A program made the translations under genes and the position numbers. From contig CAVVXK010000002.1 of assembly GCA_963752185.1 (NCBI GenBank), positions 6,791,889 through 6,855,888 on the forward strand: a stretch of 64,000 nucleotides of DNA. Direction: 5' to 3'. This DNA is from an uncultured Planctomycetaceae bacterium. GTDB taxonomy: Bacteria > Planctomycetota > Planctomycetia > Planctomycetales > Planctomycetaceae. This document shows positions 10,646 through 19,167 of this stretch, one piece after another (position 1 is the first letter of the stretch; each line of letters opens with the position of its first letter). Below the pieces are notes generated by a model. The model was given only the letters and a program-made list of their open reading frames with translations. It did not search any database and was not told where the DNA came from.

Positions 10646-12282
10646 TCATCATGTGGAGTGGGCGCACTTGAATGAAAATGGCCAGTACACTCGCCGGATC
10701 AATTGCTTGTTTCCGAACTCAGCGAGGACTGGCCATGTGCAAGGTTATCATGATTGGTTGCGATCTGCATGATGCGACGATGGTATTGAAGGTCGCGGAC
10801 GGCCCGGGGGCGACGGTGCGCAAGGGGTTTGCCACGTCGAATCGGCCGGGGATGATCGAGTGGGTTAAGGATTTCGCCTCCCAACACGGGGCCACCCGGA
10901 TCGTGTTCGCTTACGAGGCCAGCGGTCAGGGGTTTGGCCTGTACGACGATTTGACGGAGGCCGGCATCGAATGCCATGTGCTGGCGCCGACGCATCTGCC
11001 GCACACCACGCACTCGCGCAAGAACAAGACCGACGACAAGGACGCCCTGATGATCCTGGACGAAGTCCGGCGCACGTCTTGGCGGGACGGACGCTGCCGA
11101 ACGTGTGGGTCCCCGATCACCAGACGCGCGATGATCGGGAAATCGTTCGGTTGCGGCTGGAGGTGGCCACTCAACGGACGCGGCTCAAAAACCAGATTCG
11201 CAATCTTGTGAAGCGATCGCGGCTGGGCTTCCCGGACGACTTCACTTCCTCGGGGGACTGGTCGAAACGGAGCGTCGAGTGGCTGCGCGAGGTCGCGGCG
11301 GGGAGCACCGGCGCGTTGCGCGAGGGGGTGCGGACCGCGTTGGCGAGCCTGGTGGAGCTTTACCAGGCGCTGTCCGTGCAGATCCAGGCCCTCGATCGGG
11401 CGATCACACGCCTGAGCCGGACCGAACGCTATGCTCGGCCATATCGCAAACTGAAGCTCCTCTCCGGAGTGGGGACGCTGACGGCGATGGTCTTCCTGAC
11501 GGAATTGGGAGACTTGGCCCGGTTCGCGAATCGTCGGCAGTTGGCCGCCTATTTGGGGCTGGCCCCGTCGGCCTTCGAGTCGGGGGAGCGGGAGGATCGC
11601 AAGGGGCACATCACCAAGCAAGGTCCGGCGCGCGTGCGGCACGTGTTGTGCCAGGCGGCCTGGGCGGCGCTGCGGGTCTCGCCCGAATGGCGAGCGAAGT
11701 ACGATCGCATCCGTCGCGGATCCAAGAGTCGTGGCCGAATCGCCATCGTGGCCGTCATGAGACAACTGGGAGTGGAGATGTGGCACACCGCTCGTTCGCC
11801 GGAACTCGGGACGCTGCTGGATGAGCATGATGCACTGGCGTCCGAGAAGACCAAGAAGGAGACCTCCGCTCGGGCTCCACAGAAGGGGGCCGCCCCTTCC
11901 ACGTCACCATCGCCTCGGCCCAGACGGGGTGAGGCCGAGGCGACGGCGACGCGGAAGGGGCTCGCGAGACGCCCTGGATGAATCTCTTGAACGCAAACCA
12001 ACCTTGAACTCCGTAAACCGTCGAACAGAGAAAGGAACCTGCCCGCGTGAGCTGCCTGGGAAGACGGCTCAACGAAGTCCACCGGAACCGCCATCGCCCC
12101 CGAACCACGAAGGCGAGATCGTCGCACGGCTGGAACCATCCGTCGCAGAGTGTGATCCGCCTTCAACCCATACCATCGCAATTGCGAACGACGAGATAGT
12201 CTTCCTGACAACAGGAACGACTGAATAACAGGTTGCATCGGCGAAACTGGCCAGCTGACGTTGACACCGCTCCACATAACAG
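10646..12282 (+). mobile_element. IS110-family insertion sequence (IS1111-like layout), about 1.64 kb, inserted at the dyad of repeat family 1
   Basis: The left junction is gcagag|tcatcatgtggag and the right junction is ctccacataacag|ccgtgggcg. The uninterrupted copy B reads gcagagccgtgggcg. Subterminal inverted repeats are atgtggag and ctccacat. There is no duplication beyond a possible shared ag. It has 89 bp of 5' and 301 bp of 3' non-coding sequence. Confidence 0.8.
10735..11981 (+). CDS. IS110 family transposase (DEDD recombinase), apparent 1-nt frame break near 11073
   Basis: The N-terminal fragment (frame of 10672) has IGCDLHD, FAYEASG and KNKTDDKDALMILDEVRR. The C-terminal fragment (frame of 10971) continues HVLAGRTLPNVWVPD...LLSGVGTLTAMVFLTELGDLARFANRRQLAAYLGLAPSAFESGE. 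Restoring one c in gcgcac joins the two frames. Confidence 0.85.
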
Positions 12283-12325
12283 CCGTGGGCGTGGCACCCA
12301 CCAATTTGACGTAGACGGTCTAGCA
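12283..12325. repeat. Repeat family 1, copy A right arm
   Basis: ccgtgggcgtggcacccaccaatttgacgtagacggtctagca is the inverted complement of the left arm at 10545-10592. Confidence 0.8.
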
Positions 12326-12488
12326 GGGTGGGACAAGGCCCCGATTTCTGAGAATACGGTGGCCGCCGGCCCACCTTCTTCGTCGGTCGCCAAAAAAAGA
12401 AGGTGGGTCGGCGTTCGCAAAGCCTCACTTGTCCCACCCTACGCCGTCTTCTTGCAAGGGCCGCCAGGCTCGCCGCGAGCGGTTCAGG

Positions 12489-12516
12489 CAAACGTAGGGC
12501 GAGCTGCCAGCTTGCC
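12489..12516. repeat. Short dispersed repeat (family 5)
   Basis: caaacgtagggcgagctgccagcttgcc. Its exact reverse complement occurs at 19140-19167. Confidence 0.6.
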
Positions 12517-12562
12517 GGATTTGGGCCCGCAAGCCAAAGCCCGGCGCGGCGAAGAAGGATCC

Positions 12563-13135
12563 TCAAGACGGTCGGCTCAGAAGCCTCGCCGGCAGCACGG
12601 CGGACTGCTTCACCCACGTCGTTATCTGCGCCTCATCGAGCGGATCGTCTTCATGGACGTCGAGGTAGCGCACTTCCTTTTGCTTGGACTCGCCGGGCGG
12701 GAGAGGGCGCAGTGAGGCCCCGCCGAAGAAAGCCACCTTGACGAACTTCGTGTAGCAATGAAAGGCGAGGAACCAGCCCTGATCCTCGGTGCCATAGAAG
12801 GGGCAGTTCCACCTGACCGCCTTGCGCACGTCGGGGACGGCACTCAGGATAATCGCGTCGAGGCGGCGGCCGACTTCGCGTTTCCAACCCGGCATGGCTG
12901 CAATATAGGCTTGCACGGGCGCGTCGCCGTCGGCCTTCGCAATTTGCGGATTGCCGCCCGAAAGAAGCTTCACCGGCTTGGCGGCAGCCGACTTCGGCTT
13001 TACGTCTGGCTTCGCCGTTCGCTTGGCTTTTAAGCCCGCGTTCGCGGTCTTGGTGCGCTTGGCAGCAGTTTTGCGTGCCTCGCTTGCACGAGCCGCGCCG
13101 TTGGTTTTCGCCTTTGCCGCGCGCTTAGCCATCAT
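12563..13135 (-). CDS. DUF1801 (YdhG-like) domain protein with a Lys/Ala-rich N-terminal tail
   Basis: PVQAYIAAMPGWKREVGRRLDAIILSAVPDVRKAVRWNCPFYG...FHCYTKFVKVAFFGG resembles DUF1801. I chose the ATG at 13135 (MMAKRAAKAK...). Confidence 0.65.
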   Translation of the reverse strand: MMAKRAAKAKTNGAARASEARKTAAKRTKTANAGLKAKRTAKPDVKPKSAAAKPVKLLSGGNPQIAKADGDAPVQAYIAAMPGWKREVGRRLDAIILSAVPDVRKAVRWNCPFYGTEDQGWFLAFHCYTKFVKVAFFGGASLRPLPPGESKQKEVRYLDVHEDDPLDEAQITTWVKQSAVLPARLLSRPS

Positions 13136-13256
13136 TCGCACATTGTTTCCGGATGGAGCTCGGCTCGGCCGAGGTATTGGCGAAGAATGAGACCCCCTCA
13201 ATCATGCCAAAAGGATTGGGGGGGTGAGAGCTCTCGTTGGCGTAAAACGCTGCCAA

Positions 13257-13502
13257 TCAGGCTTCCTCGTTCTCCCGGATTTGCGATTCGATCTCACTTG
13301 GATGTGCATCGACGTAATTCCAGGCGTTGACGAGATCCTCGGCTCGCAACGAGGGGAAACTCTTCAGGATGTCCGATTCAGGAATCCCCTGGCGGCGCAT
13401 TTGCTCCAGGGTCCAGACGGGAATGCGTGTCCGCACGATCCGCGGCTCTCCACCACAGATGCGTGGATCGGTCTCGATGCCGGACGCGGAGAATTTTGTC
13501 AT
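13257..13502 (-). CDS. DUF433 domain protein
   Basis: GIETDPRICGGEPRIVRTRIPVWTLEQMRRQGIPESDILKSFPSLRAEDLVNAWNY is the characteristic DUF433 core. No DUF5615/PIN-like partner lies downstream. Confidence 0.8.
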   Translation of the reverse strand: MTKFSASGIETDPRICGGEPRIVRTRIPVWTLEQMRRQGIPESDILKSFPSLRAEDLVNAWNYVDAHPSEIESQIRENEEA

Positions 13503-13887
13503 TGTCTTCGGATTGTAAAAACCATCACCAGGTAACGCGCCCCGCCTCCCGCGGATCGTCTCGGCCTTTCAGGCCTTCGTGGAATCCGTGGCACCTAAAA
13601 CCTGGGGCGGCGCAAAACCTCTGTCCCAGGCTACCACGTTTTGCCCTTTCAGGGCCTTCAAGACGGCATCCGACAAGCCGAGCAAATTGATCAATTGCGT
13701 TCTATCAAGGACGTCCAGGGCCTACTTCTTCGATCGTCTGATCGATTTCGTGCTCAAGCTCGGCTTGGGAGCCGCCGGTCGCTGCGACATTCCGATCGAA
13801 CGGTGCCACGCTCACTTGGCGTTGGGCAGGCAGGTCCTGCGCGGAAAGGCTTGAACAACCGCGTTCGGCGGGTAGAGTAACCGCATC

Positions 13888-15015
13888 ATGGTCCGCTCCG
13901 GGCGCCAAACGACGTCGGAGGGCCGACGGGGTTCGAGGGTCGCCGGCCAGGCGGTCGGGGCGGTTGGATTGTCGGCGTTTGGGGCTGGTGCGATTCCGGG
14001 GGGCGCGAGCCCGTCCGGGTCGGTCCGTATTCAGGAGGGTGCCGCTTGTTGCGAAAGCCAACGGATTCTGATTTCGTACCGCGGAAAGGACCGCCGCGAA
14101 ATTGTCACGAAGAAGAGCGCACTCCGATTTCTGGGCTTCACCTACGGCCCGAAGACCGACAAACTCCTCCGCAAGAACAAGATTCGCTTTTGGAAGGAAC
14201 ACGCGCCGCCGACAGGCCGCCTGTCGTCCGTCTGCGATGCCCAACCCGTGCGCGACCTGTATGCAAAACTGCACCCTGGACCGCCCTTGGTGAATGGCCG
14301 GCCTTCGATTTGGCTTTACGAGGTCAGGCACCAGATCGATCGCCTGCACGGTCGAAAGCCGAGCACGAATTCCTACACACTGTGGATCACGCATCGCTGC
14401 CGTCATCTGGACTGGAAGAGACTCAACGGCGGCCTGGAACGCCGTAGCGGCCAATGGTACGCCGATCGAGCACAGGCCGAGCGAATACTCGAGCGGATCG
14501 CGAAAGAGATTGCCGAAAAGCCCTTCCGAGTCCCCAAGCCTCCGAAGATCCACTTCGACGGGATTTTCGAAGGCGTCGCGCCCAACCGCCGGATGACGAT
14601 TTACCTCGCCGCTCGAGAACTCGGCATCCCCCGCGAGCGACTCGCCCGCTGGGTCTCCGAGGGCGAGCCCAAATCGGAACCGCGGGACATCCCCGGGAGG
14701 GCGGAACCTCTGCTGAGCGTATTAGAACAGGACGTCCTCGCGCGGAAGAATCGGACGCGGCGGAAGCCATTTCGCTTCGACGGAATTTACGAAGGCGTCG
14801 CACCGAATCGCCGCGTGAACCTGTTGGCTGCGAGCCGCATCAGCGGCATCGAGAAGTATTCCCTGGTGAAGCGCGTTCGCAACGGCACGTTGAAATCCCA
14901 AATGCGCCTGCGGGGCGACGTGTGCCGCAAAGAATACACGGTCCTCGAGGCGGACGTTCTGAAACTGGCCGCCCACGACCCCCCGCGCCCGCGGCGAAAG
15001 CGCACCCGGCGCTAG
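13888..15015 (+). CDS. Hypothetical protein with an internally duplicated HTH-like module
   Basis: Two roughly 65-aa modules: HFDGIFEGVAPNRRMTIYLAARELGIPRERLARWV...VLEQDVL and RFDGIYEGVAPNRRVNLLAASRISGIEKYSLVKRV...VLEADVL. The DNA is also similar between 14554-14592 and 14776-14814. The start codon is uncertain. Confidence 0.55.
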   Translation: MVRSGRQTTSEGRRGSRVAGQAVGAVGLSAFGAGAIPGGASPSGSVRIQEGAACCESQRILISYRGKDRREIVTKKSALRFLGFTYGPKTDKLLRKNKIRFWKEHAPPTGRLSSVCDAQPVRDLYAKLHPGPPLVNGRPSIWLYEVRHQIDRLHGRKPSTNSYTLWITHRCRHLDWKRLNGGLERRSGQWYADRAQAERILERIAKEIAEKPFRVPKPPKIHFDGIFEGVAPNRRMTIYLAARELGIPRERLARWVSEGEPKSEPRDIPGRAEPLLSVLEQDVLARKNRTRRKPFRFDGIYEGVAPNRRVNLLAASRISGIEKYSLVKRVRNGTLKSQMRLRGDVCRKEYTVLEADVLKLAAHDPPRPRRKRTRR

Positions 15016-15030
15016 GAATTCAAGCGCATT

Positions 15031-15086
15031 CTAGTAGTCCGTCCAGTTCAAATTGGTGGATCGGGTGCCACGCCCACGGCTTTGCG
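15031..15086. repeat. Repeat family 1, copy B left part (interrupted by IS4)
   Basis: tagtagtccgtccagttcaaattggtggatcgggtgccacgcccacggctttgcg matches copy A up to the IS junction. Confidence 0.85.
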
Positions 15087-16755
15087 CTTTGTCTTGCCCG
15101 CATTTTTTGCAGAATGTTTTCGTGCGCGGGATTGGAAGGTCGTTGAAAGGCACGGACTTCCGGCGTTCGCCTGTGTTGGAATGAGAGGTGCACGACGGGC
15201 AGCCGGCTCCAAGGAGATGTCGGGGGTCTTGGATCGATGCGGTCGGACGGCCGTGTTTGGCGGCGCCGAGAAGCAAATGGATCCCCGATGGAGAGCATTA
15301 CGTTGGATGTGGAGCGTTGGGCTCAAGAGCAGTTTGGCTCGTGTGAGTTGGGTGATCGCCGACGCAACGTGCGGTTGGTGAAGTTCGCCCGACAGGTGGC
15401 GGCCAATCCGTCGGCGAGCACCCCCGACCAGACGTGCCAATGGGCGGACTGTAAAGCGGCGTATCGACTCATGGATTGCGATGACATCGAATTTGGGGCG
15501 ATCCTCGCTCCGCATTGTCAGCAGACGAGAGACCGTGCGTCGAAGACGGGTCGGGCTCTGCTGATTCATGACAAGACGGAGATCTCGTTCTCCACGCGGC
15601 GAAACCCCATTGAGGGACTCGGCCCAACGGGCAACAACAAGCGGCAAGGGTTTTACCTGCACACGGCCCTGAAAATCGACGAGGACGGTCAAGAGATTTT
15701 TGGCCTGGCCGGCCAACTGCTCTTTTACCGCAAAGTGGCGCCGAAACGCCGCGACGGCCTGCGCGAGACGGTCTTGCACGCCAAACGACGGCCGCGGGAA
15801 TCGGAGGTGTGGCGACGTTTGATTGAACAAGTGGGACCCGCCCCCGCCGGCCAGACCTTTATCCACGTCTGCGATCGAGAAGCCGACAACTACGAAGTCT
15901 ATGCGCAGAGCGTGATCTGCGGCGCCGGCTGGATCATCCGCGCGACTCAACTGCATCGCAAGGTGCGTCCCGTCGGACAGACAGAGCCTGATCAGCCACG
16001 ATCCGAGGCGATCACGAAGATCGGGGACCTCTTGACGCAGCACGGGTTTCAGGAAGGCTACGAGGTCGCAGTCCCCGCGATGAAGAAGACCAAGGCGCGC
16101 ACGGCACACGTCCAGCTTCGCTGGACCTCGTTCTGGATGCCCCGTCCTCGTCCGTGCAGCGTGTGGGCCAAGAAAAACGCTCCGGACTTCATCCGCATGA
16201 CGGCTGTGGAGGTCTGCGAGGTCAAACCTCCCCGCGGAGTGAAGCCGCTGAGGTGGGTGCTTTACACGCGCGACGGCGTCGCCGACGCACAGGCAGCGCG
16301 TCGGGTCGCCCAGGACTACGCGCGACGCCCGACGATCGAAGACTACCATAAGGGGATCAAGACGGGCTGCCACCTGGAGGAGCGGCAATACAGCACCGCG
16401 GCCCGCTTGGAACGCATTGCGGCTGTGCTGTCGGTCGTGGCGGTGCGTCTGCTGCAGATCCGAGCCATCGCCCGCGTCGAGCCGGAGCGGGCGGCGCTGG
16501 AGGTTGCCCCCCAAGAATGGGTCAGCACGTTGTATCAATACACGGCCTCCAAATCTCCGAAGTACATACAGCGCTGGACACCCGCCAACTGGACCGTGCT
16601 CGAGTTCATGCGACGCCTGGCCGGCCTCGGCGGATTCCTCGGACGCAAAGGGGACGGTCTCCCCGGTTGGATCACCCTCTGGCGCGGCGTCTCCAAGCTC
16701 CTGCTCCTCATCGACGGACGACAACTTGGCCACAAAAAATGCGGGTAAGACAAAG
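15087..16755 (+). mobile_element. IS4-family insertion sequence (Tn5/IS50-like transposase), about 1.67 kb
   Basis: Terminal inverted repeats are ctttgtcttgcccgcattttttg (15087-) and caaaaaatgcgggtaagacaaag (-16755), matching at 22 of 23 positions. The direct duplication cggctttgcg occurs at 15077-15086 and 16756-16765 (8-10 bp depending on where the inverted repeat is taken to end). Removing the IS and one duplicate restores repeat family 1. Confidence 0.9.
15288..16748 (+). CDS. IS4 family transposase (Tn5-like), intact
   Basis: The N-terminus WAQEQFGSCELGDRRRNVRLVKFARQVAANP is Tn5-like. DDE-context motifs are HDKTEISF, HVCDREADNYE and YARRPTIEDYHKGIKTGCHLEE (YREK). Confidence 0.9.
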   Translation: MESITLDVERWAQEQFGSCELGDRRRNVRLVKFARQVAANPSASTPDQTCQWADCKAAYRLMDCDDIEFGAILAPHCQQTRDRASKTGRALLIHDKTEISFSTRRNPIEGLGPTGNNKRQGFYLHTALKIDEDGQEIFGLAGQLLFYRKVAPKRRDGLRETVLHAKRRPRESEVWRRLIEQVGPAPAGQTFIHVCDREADNYEVYAQSVICGAGWIIRATQLHRKVRPVGQTEPDQPRSEAITKIGDLLTQHGFQEGYEVAVPAMKKTKARTAHVQLRWTSFWMPRPRPCSVWAKKNAPDFIRMTAVEVCEVKPPRGVKPLRWVLYTRDGVADAQAARRVAQDYARRPTIEDYHKGIKTGCHLEERQYSTAARLERIAAVLSVVAVRLLQIRAIARVEPERAALEVAPQEWVSTLYQYTASKSPKYIQRWTPANWTVLEFMRRLAGLGGFLGRKGDGLPGWITLWRGVSKLLLLIDGRQLGHKKCG

Positions 16756-16838
16756 CGGCTTTGCGTGGGCGTGCAAATCCGTTTGACGTTCGAAGACACG
16801 CCCACGCAGAGCCGTGGGCGTGGCACCCACCAAAATTG
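16756..16838. repeat. Repeat family 1, copy B right part
   Basis: cggctttgcgtgggcgtgcaaatccgtttgacgttcgaagacacgcccacgcagagccgtgggcgtggcacccaccaaaattg shows the uninterrupted dyad that IS110 hits in copy A. Confidence 0.85.
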
Positions 16839-16879
16839 CGGATGTCTCTGGGGTGCCACTCTACGCCGTTCACCCTTTG

Positions 16880-17000
16880 AGACAGGAGCGAGGGCACCGA
16901 ACCGCTCGATAGGCGAGGGCACCCGCCCTCGCACGTCTGAATGCTGCGAGGGCAGGTGCCCTCGCCTTTCGGCCGATGGGTGGCACGCCCAAATTGATCG
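16880..17000. repeat. Repeat family 2 (nested palindrome), copy 1
   Basis: aggcgagggcacccgccctcgcacgtctgaatgctgcgagggcaggtgccctcgcctttcggccgatgggtggcacgccc. The second copy is at 50665-50750. Confidence 0.75.
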
Positions 17001-17220
17001 TTCTGCCCTTTCGTAGCCGAAGACGAGGGGTTAACGGCGTAGAGTGCCACTGCGGCAGATTTTTCACGATCGAGGCACGTTGCTTTGAATCCGCCCCAAT
17101 GGCGGAAAGACACCAAGAAAGGAGGGGATCCGGGAGTTTCTTCGACAGATTCTCCGAACAAGGACTTGATAGCACATTCGCGATGGAAGTCTCGCGTGAA
17201 GTGCCCCCTCACCCCCGGCC

Positions 17221-18778
17221 CAATGGATTTAACCTTAGGCCGGGATTTTTGCAGCAACTTGTTTGCGGCCTTTGCCTTTGTTTTTCGTTTTTGCATCGTT
17301 TGGCCTTGGATAGGACCTGCCGGGACGTAGCGGTACAAGATGGCTGGCAATTCGTTTCATCAGCCGAGTCAACAAGGCACGCGCCCAGTCCGGGCTCGCC
17401 ATCAGCAGTGCCGGTCGCAGGGCGTGCAATTCCCGCAAGGCCTCGACAAAGCTGATCCGCAAGGGATCGAGTTCATGCTGGGCCGCTGTTTCCAGGATCA
17501 GCCAGCGCACCAGGGAATAGAGCAACACATGCCCGGCAATTTCGTACTCGATTCCCTCGGGGGTGCGGCTGCGCAATCCTCGTTTCAGGCCCTGCGAGAC
17601 CTTCAACTCCCGGAACGTCGTTTCGATCTCCCAACGACGGTGGTAGAGACCCGGTTGCAACCGATCGCCGACTTCGCGATCCGTTGTCAGCCGCACCCAA
17701 TCCTCGCGCGAGGTGCGCTGGGGATTGGTCGCGTTCGTGACGACGGCACTTGGGCGAAATCCCCGCATCTGGTAAGAGATCACCCGCAGTTCGATCGACT
17801 CCGGCAAGTCCCGCCATTTTTTCCGACGGTCACAGGGCTTCCACCGCACCAGTTGATCGTCGCGCCCCAGCGAGCGAATCGTCTCCAGCCGCACGCCCGC
17901 CTTCAATCGGATGGCGAAAAAGGCGTTCCGCTTCTGGATGGCCCAGAACATCCCGTAGCTGAAAAAGCCGCGGTCCATCAGGATCAGGTCGTTTTGCCGC
18001 ACGTGGTTCAAGAGCGACATCGCCAAGGGGATCTCATTCGTCGAGAGGGGCGACAGGGCATAACAATACGGCAAGCGGGCCAAAGGAAATTGGAACATCA
18101 CCAGACGGACCTGAGTTCGGCAAGCGCGACGACCGTTGGTCGCCGCACCGTAATGCTGGCGGAGCCGCTTCCAGTGCGGCAGGCCAATCACCGTTCCATC
18201 GAGGGCCAGCAACCGAAATCCCTTCCAGGACAGTCGTGGCAAGTGCTTGTGCTCGATCCGCGCGACCAACAACAGCATCAACTCGGTCCAGAACTTCACG
18301 GGGAGCAAGCGGCGAGCCTTGGTAAACGCCTCTTCGCTGACGACCGTGAGGTCGTCGCGTCGCGGATCGTGCCGGGAACGACGCTGTTGCCCCCGCGGCC
18401 GGCGACGTGGCGCAGGGGGACTTCCGCGCCTGAGACCCGAAGGCTTCGTAGTCCTCCAGCAGCTTGAAGGTCAGCGACAAGATATTGGTGAAGTTCTCGG
18501 TCCAATGCAGAGCCGAGGAAAGAGCCAGCCACGTCAAATTGACCGCATTGAGAGGGCCCGCCCCCAATCTCACTCCCGCTCGCCGCACGGCTTCTCCGAC
18601 CAAATCGGCCGTGAGAAGCGCCGAGAAAGCCCGAAGGTCGTGTTGACGAATCGTGTCCCATACGGTACGCCTCTGTTCATCCTTGAACATCTTTGGGTCC
18701 TTCTGACTGAGTTGTCGTTGAACAAACAACTTCTGTCAGAAAGGACCCTTTTTGATCAAGACAAAGTTAGTGCCATTG
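17221..18778 (-). mobile_element. IS4-family insertion sequence, about 1.56 kb, inserted in a G/C-rich REP (family 4)
   Basis: A 9-bp direct duplication cccccggcc occurs at 17212-17220 and 18779-18787. The ends caatggatttaacctt and aagttagtgccattg are imperfect inverted repeats (12 of 16). The transposase stop lies 14 bp from the left end. Confidence 0.8.
17235..18690 (-). CDS. IS4 family transposase (DDE), apparent frame break around 18360-18440
   Basis: The N-terminal fragment (MFKDEQRRTVWDTIRQHDL...FKLLEDYEAF) and the C-terminal fragment (RRSRHDPRRDDLTVVSEEAFTKARRLLPVKFW...LALDGT...LILMDRGF...YHRRWEIETTFRELK) lie in adjacent frames. Confidence 0.8.
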
Positions 18779-18785
18779 CCCCCGG

Positions 18786-18915
18786 CCCCTCTCCCTCGAG
18801 GGGAGAGGGGAGAATGAGTTGTGGGAGCCTGCGAGTCTTCTCCCCCCGAGTTTTGACTTCTTGTCCTGCTCCCCTCGCCCCCCGAGGGAGAGGGGTTGGT
18901 GGTGAGGGGGCTGAG
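18786..18915. repeat. Repeat family 4: two inverted copies of a G/C-rich palindromic REP
   Basis: cccctctccctcgaggggagaggggag (18786-18812), which together with 17196-17220 forms the copy split by the IS. The inverted copy ctcccctcgccccccgagggagaggggttggtggtgagggggc is at 18867-18912. Confidence 0.75.
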
Positions 18916-18984
18916 TGCAAGGGCCTTGCAACTCGTGATTCGCAATCTCCGCAACGAGATAATTCCCCGATGCCCTCACACCAC

Positions 18985-19069
18985 GAAGGCCAGAGAGATC
19001 CGCAGATGACGCCGATTTCGCCGACTTGAATTTCAAAATCTGCGTCCTTCTGCGAAGTCTGCGGAGAAC
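18985..19069. repeat. Repeat family 3 (palindromic; gatccgcagat...atctgcgg), copy 1
   Basis: Aligns with 43741-43815: gagatccgcRgatKacgccgattt...gaattYSaaaatctgcgt...tctgcgga. Confidence 0.7.
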
Positions 19070-19139
19070 TGCTTCTCAGTTTTGTAGGGCATGGCTGTGC
19101 CTGCCATCTTCCCTTGATCCAAGCAGCAGTGACGAAAAT

Positions 19140-19167
19140 GGCAAGCTGGCAGCTCGCCCTACGTTTG
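19140..19167. repeat. Family 5 short repeat, inverted copy
   Basis: ggcaagctggcagctcgccctacgtttg is the reverse complement of 12489-12516. Confidence 0.6.

Noticed and set aside
13705-14553. A 282-aa minus-strand ORF overlapping the 375-aa plus-strand hypothetical gene.
   Set aside because: The plus-strand frame shows an internal protein-level duplication with synonymous DNA differences, which is a coding signature. Most of the minus-strand translation is Arg/Ala/Pro-rich. Only its last roughly 37 codons are considered separately in the findings.
15048-16934. A 628-aa ORF on the minus strand, the longest ORF in this region.
   Set aside because: It runs antisense to the Tn5-like transposase, which has clear DDE/YREK motifs. 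It also crosses both IS boundaries and the flanking repeats, and has an Arg/Pro/Gly-heavy composition. It is a typical shadow ORF of GC-rich DNA.
16535-17350. A 271-aa ORF spanning the interval between two IS elements.
   Set aside because: It reads through the IS4 end, repeat families 1 and 2, and the next IS terminus. It has no protein-like segment.
10735-18690. Programmed ribosomal frameshifting as the explanation for the split IS110 and IS4 transposases.
   Set aside because: These families are not known to use programmed frameshifting, and no slippery heptamer or downstream structure is evident at the junctions. The same kind of break also occurs in a dozen non-mobile genes, which favours indel errors.
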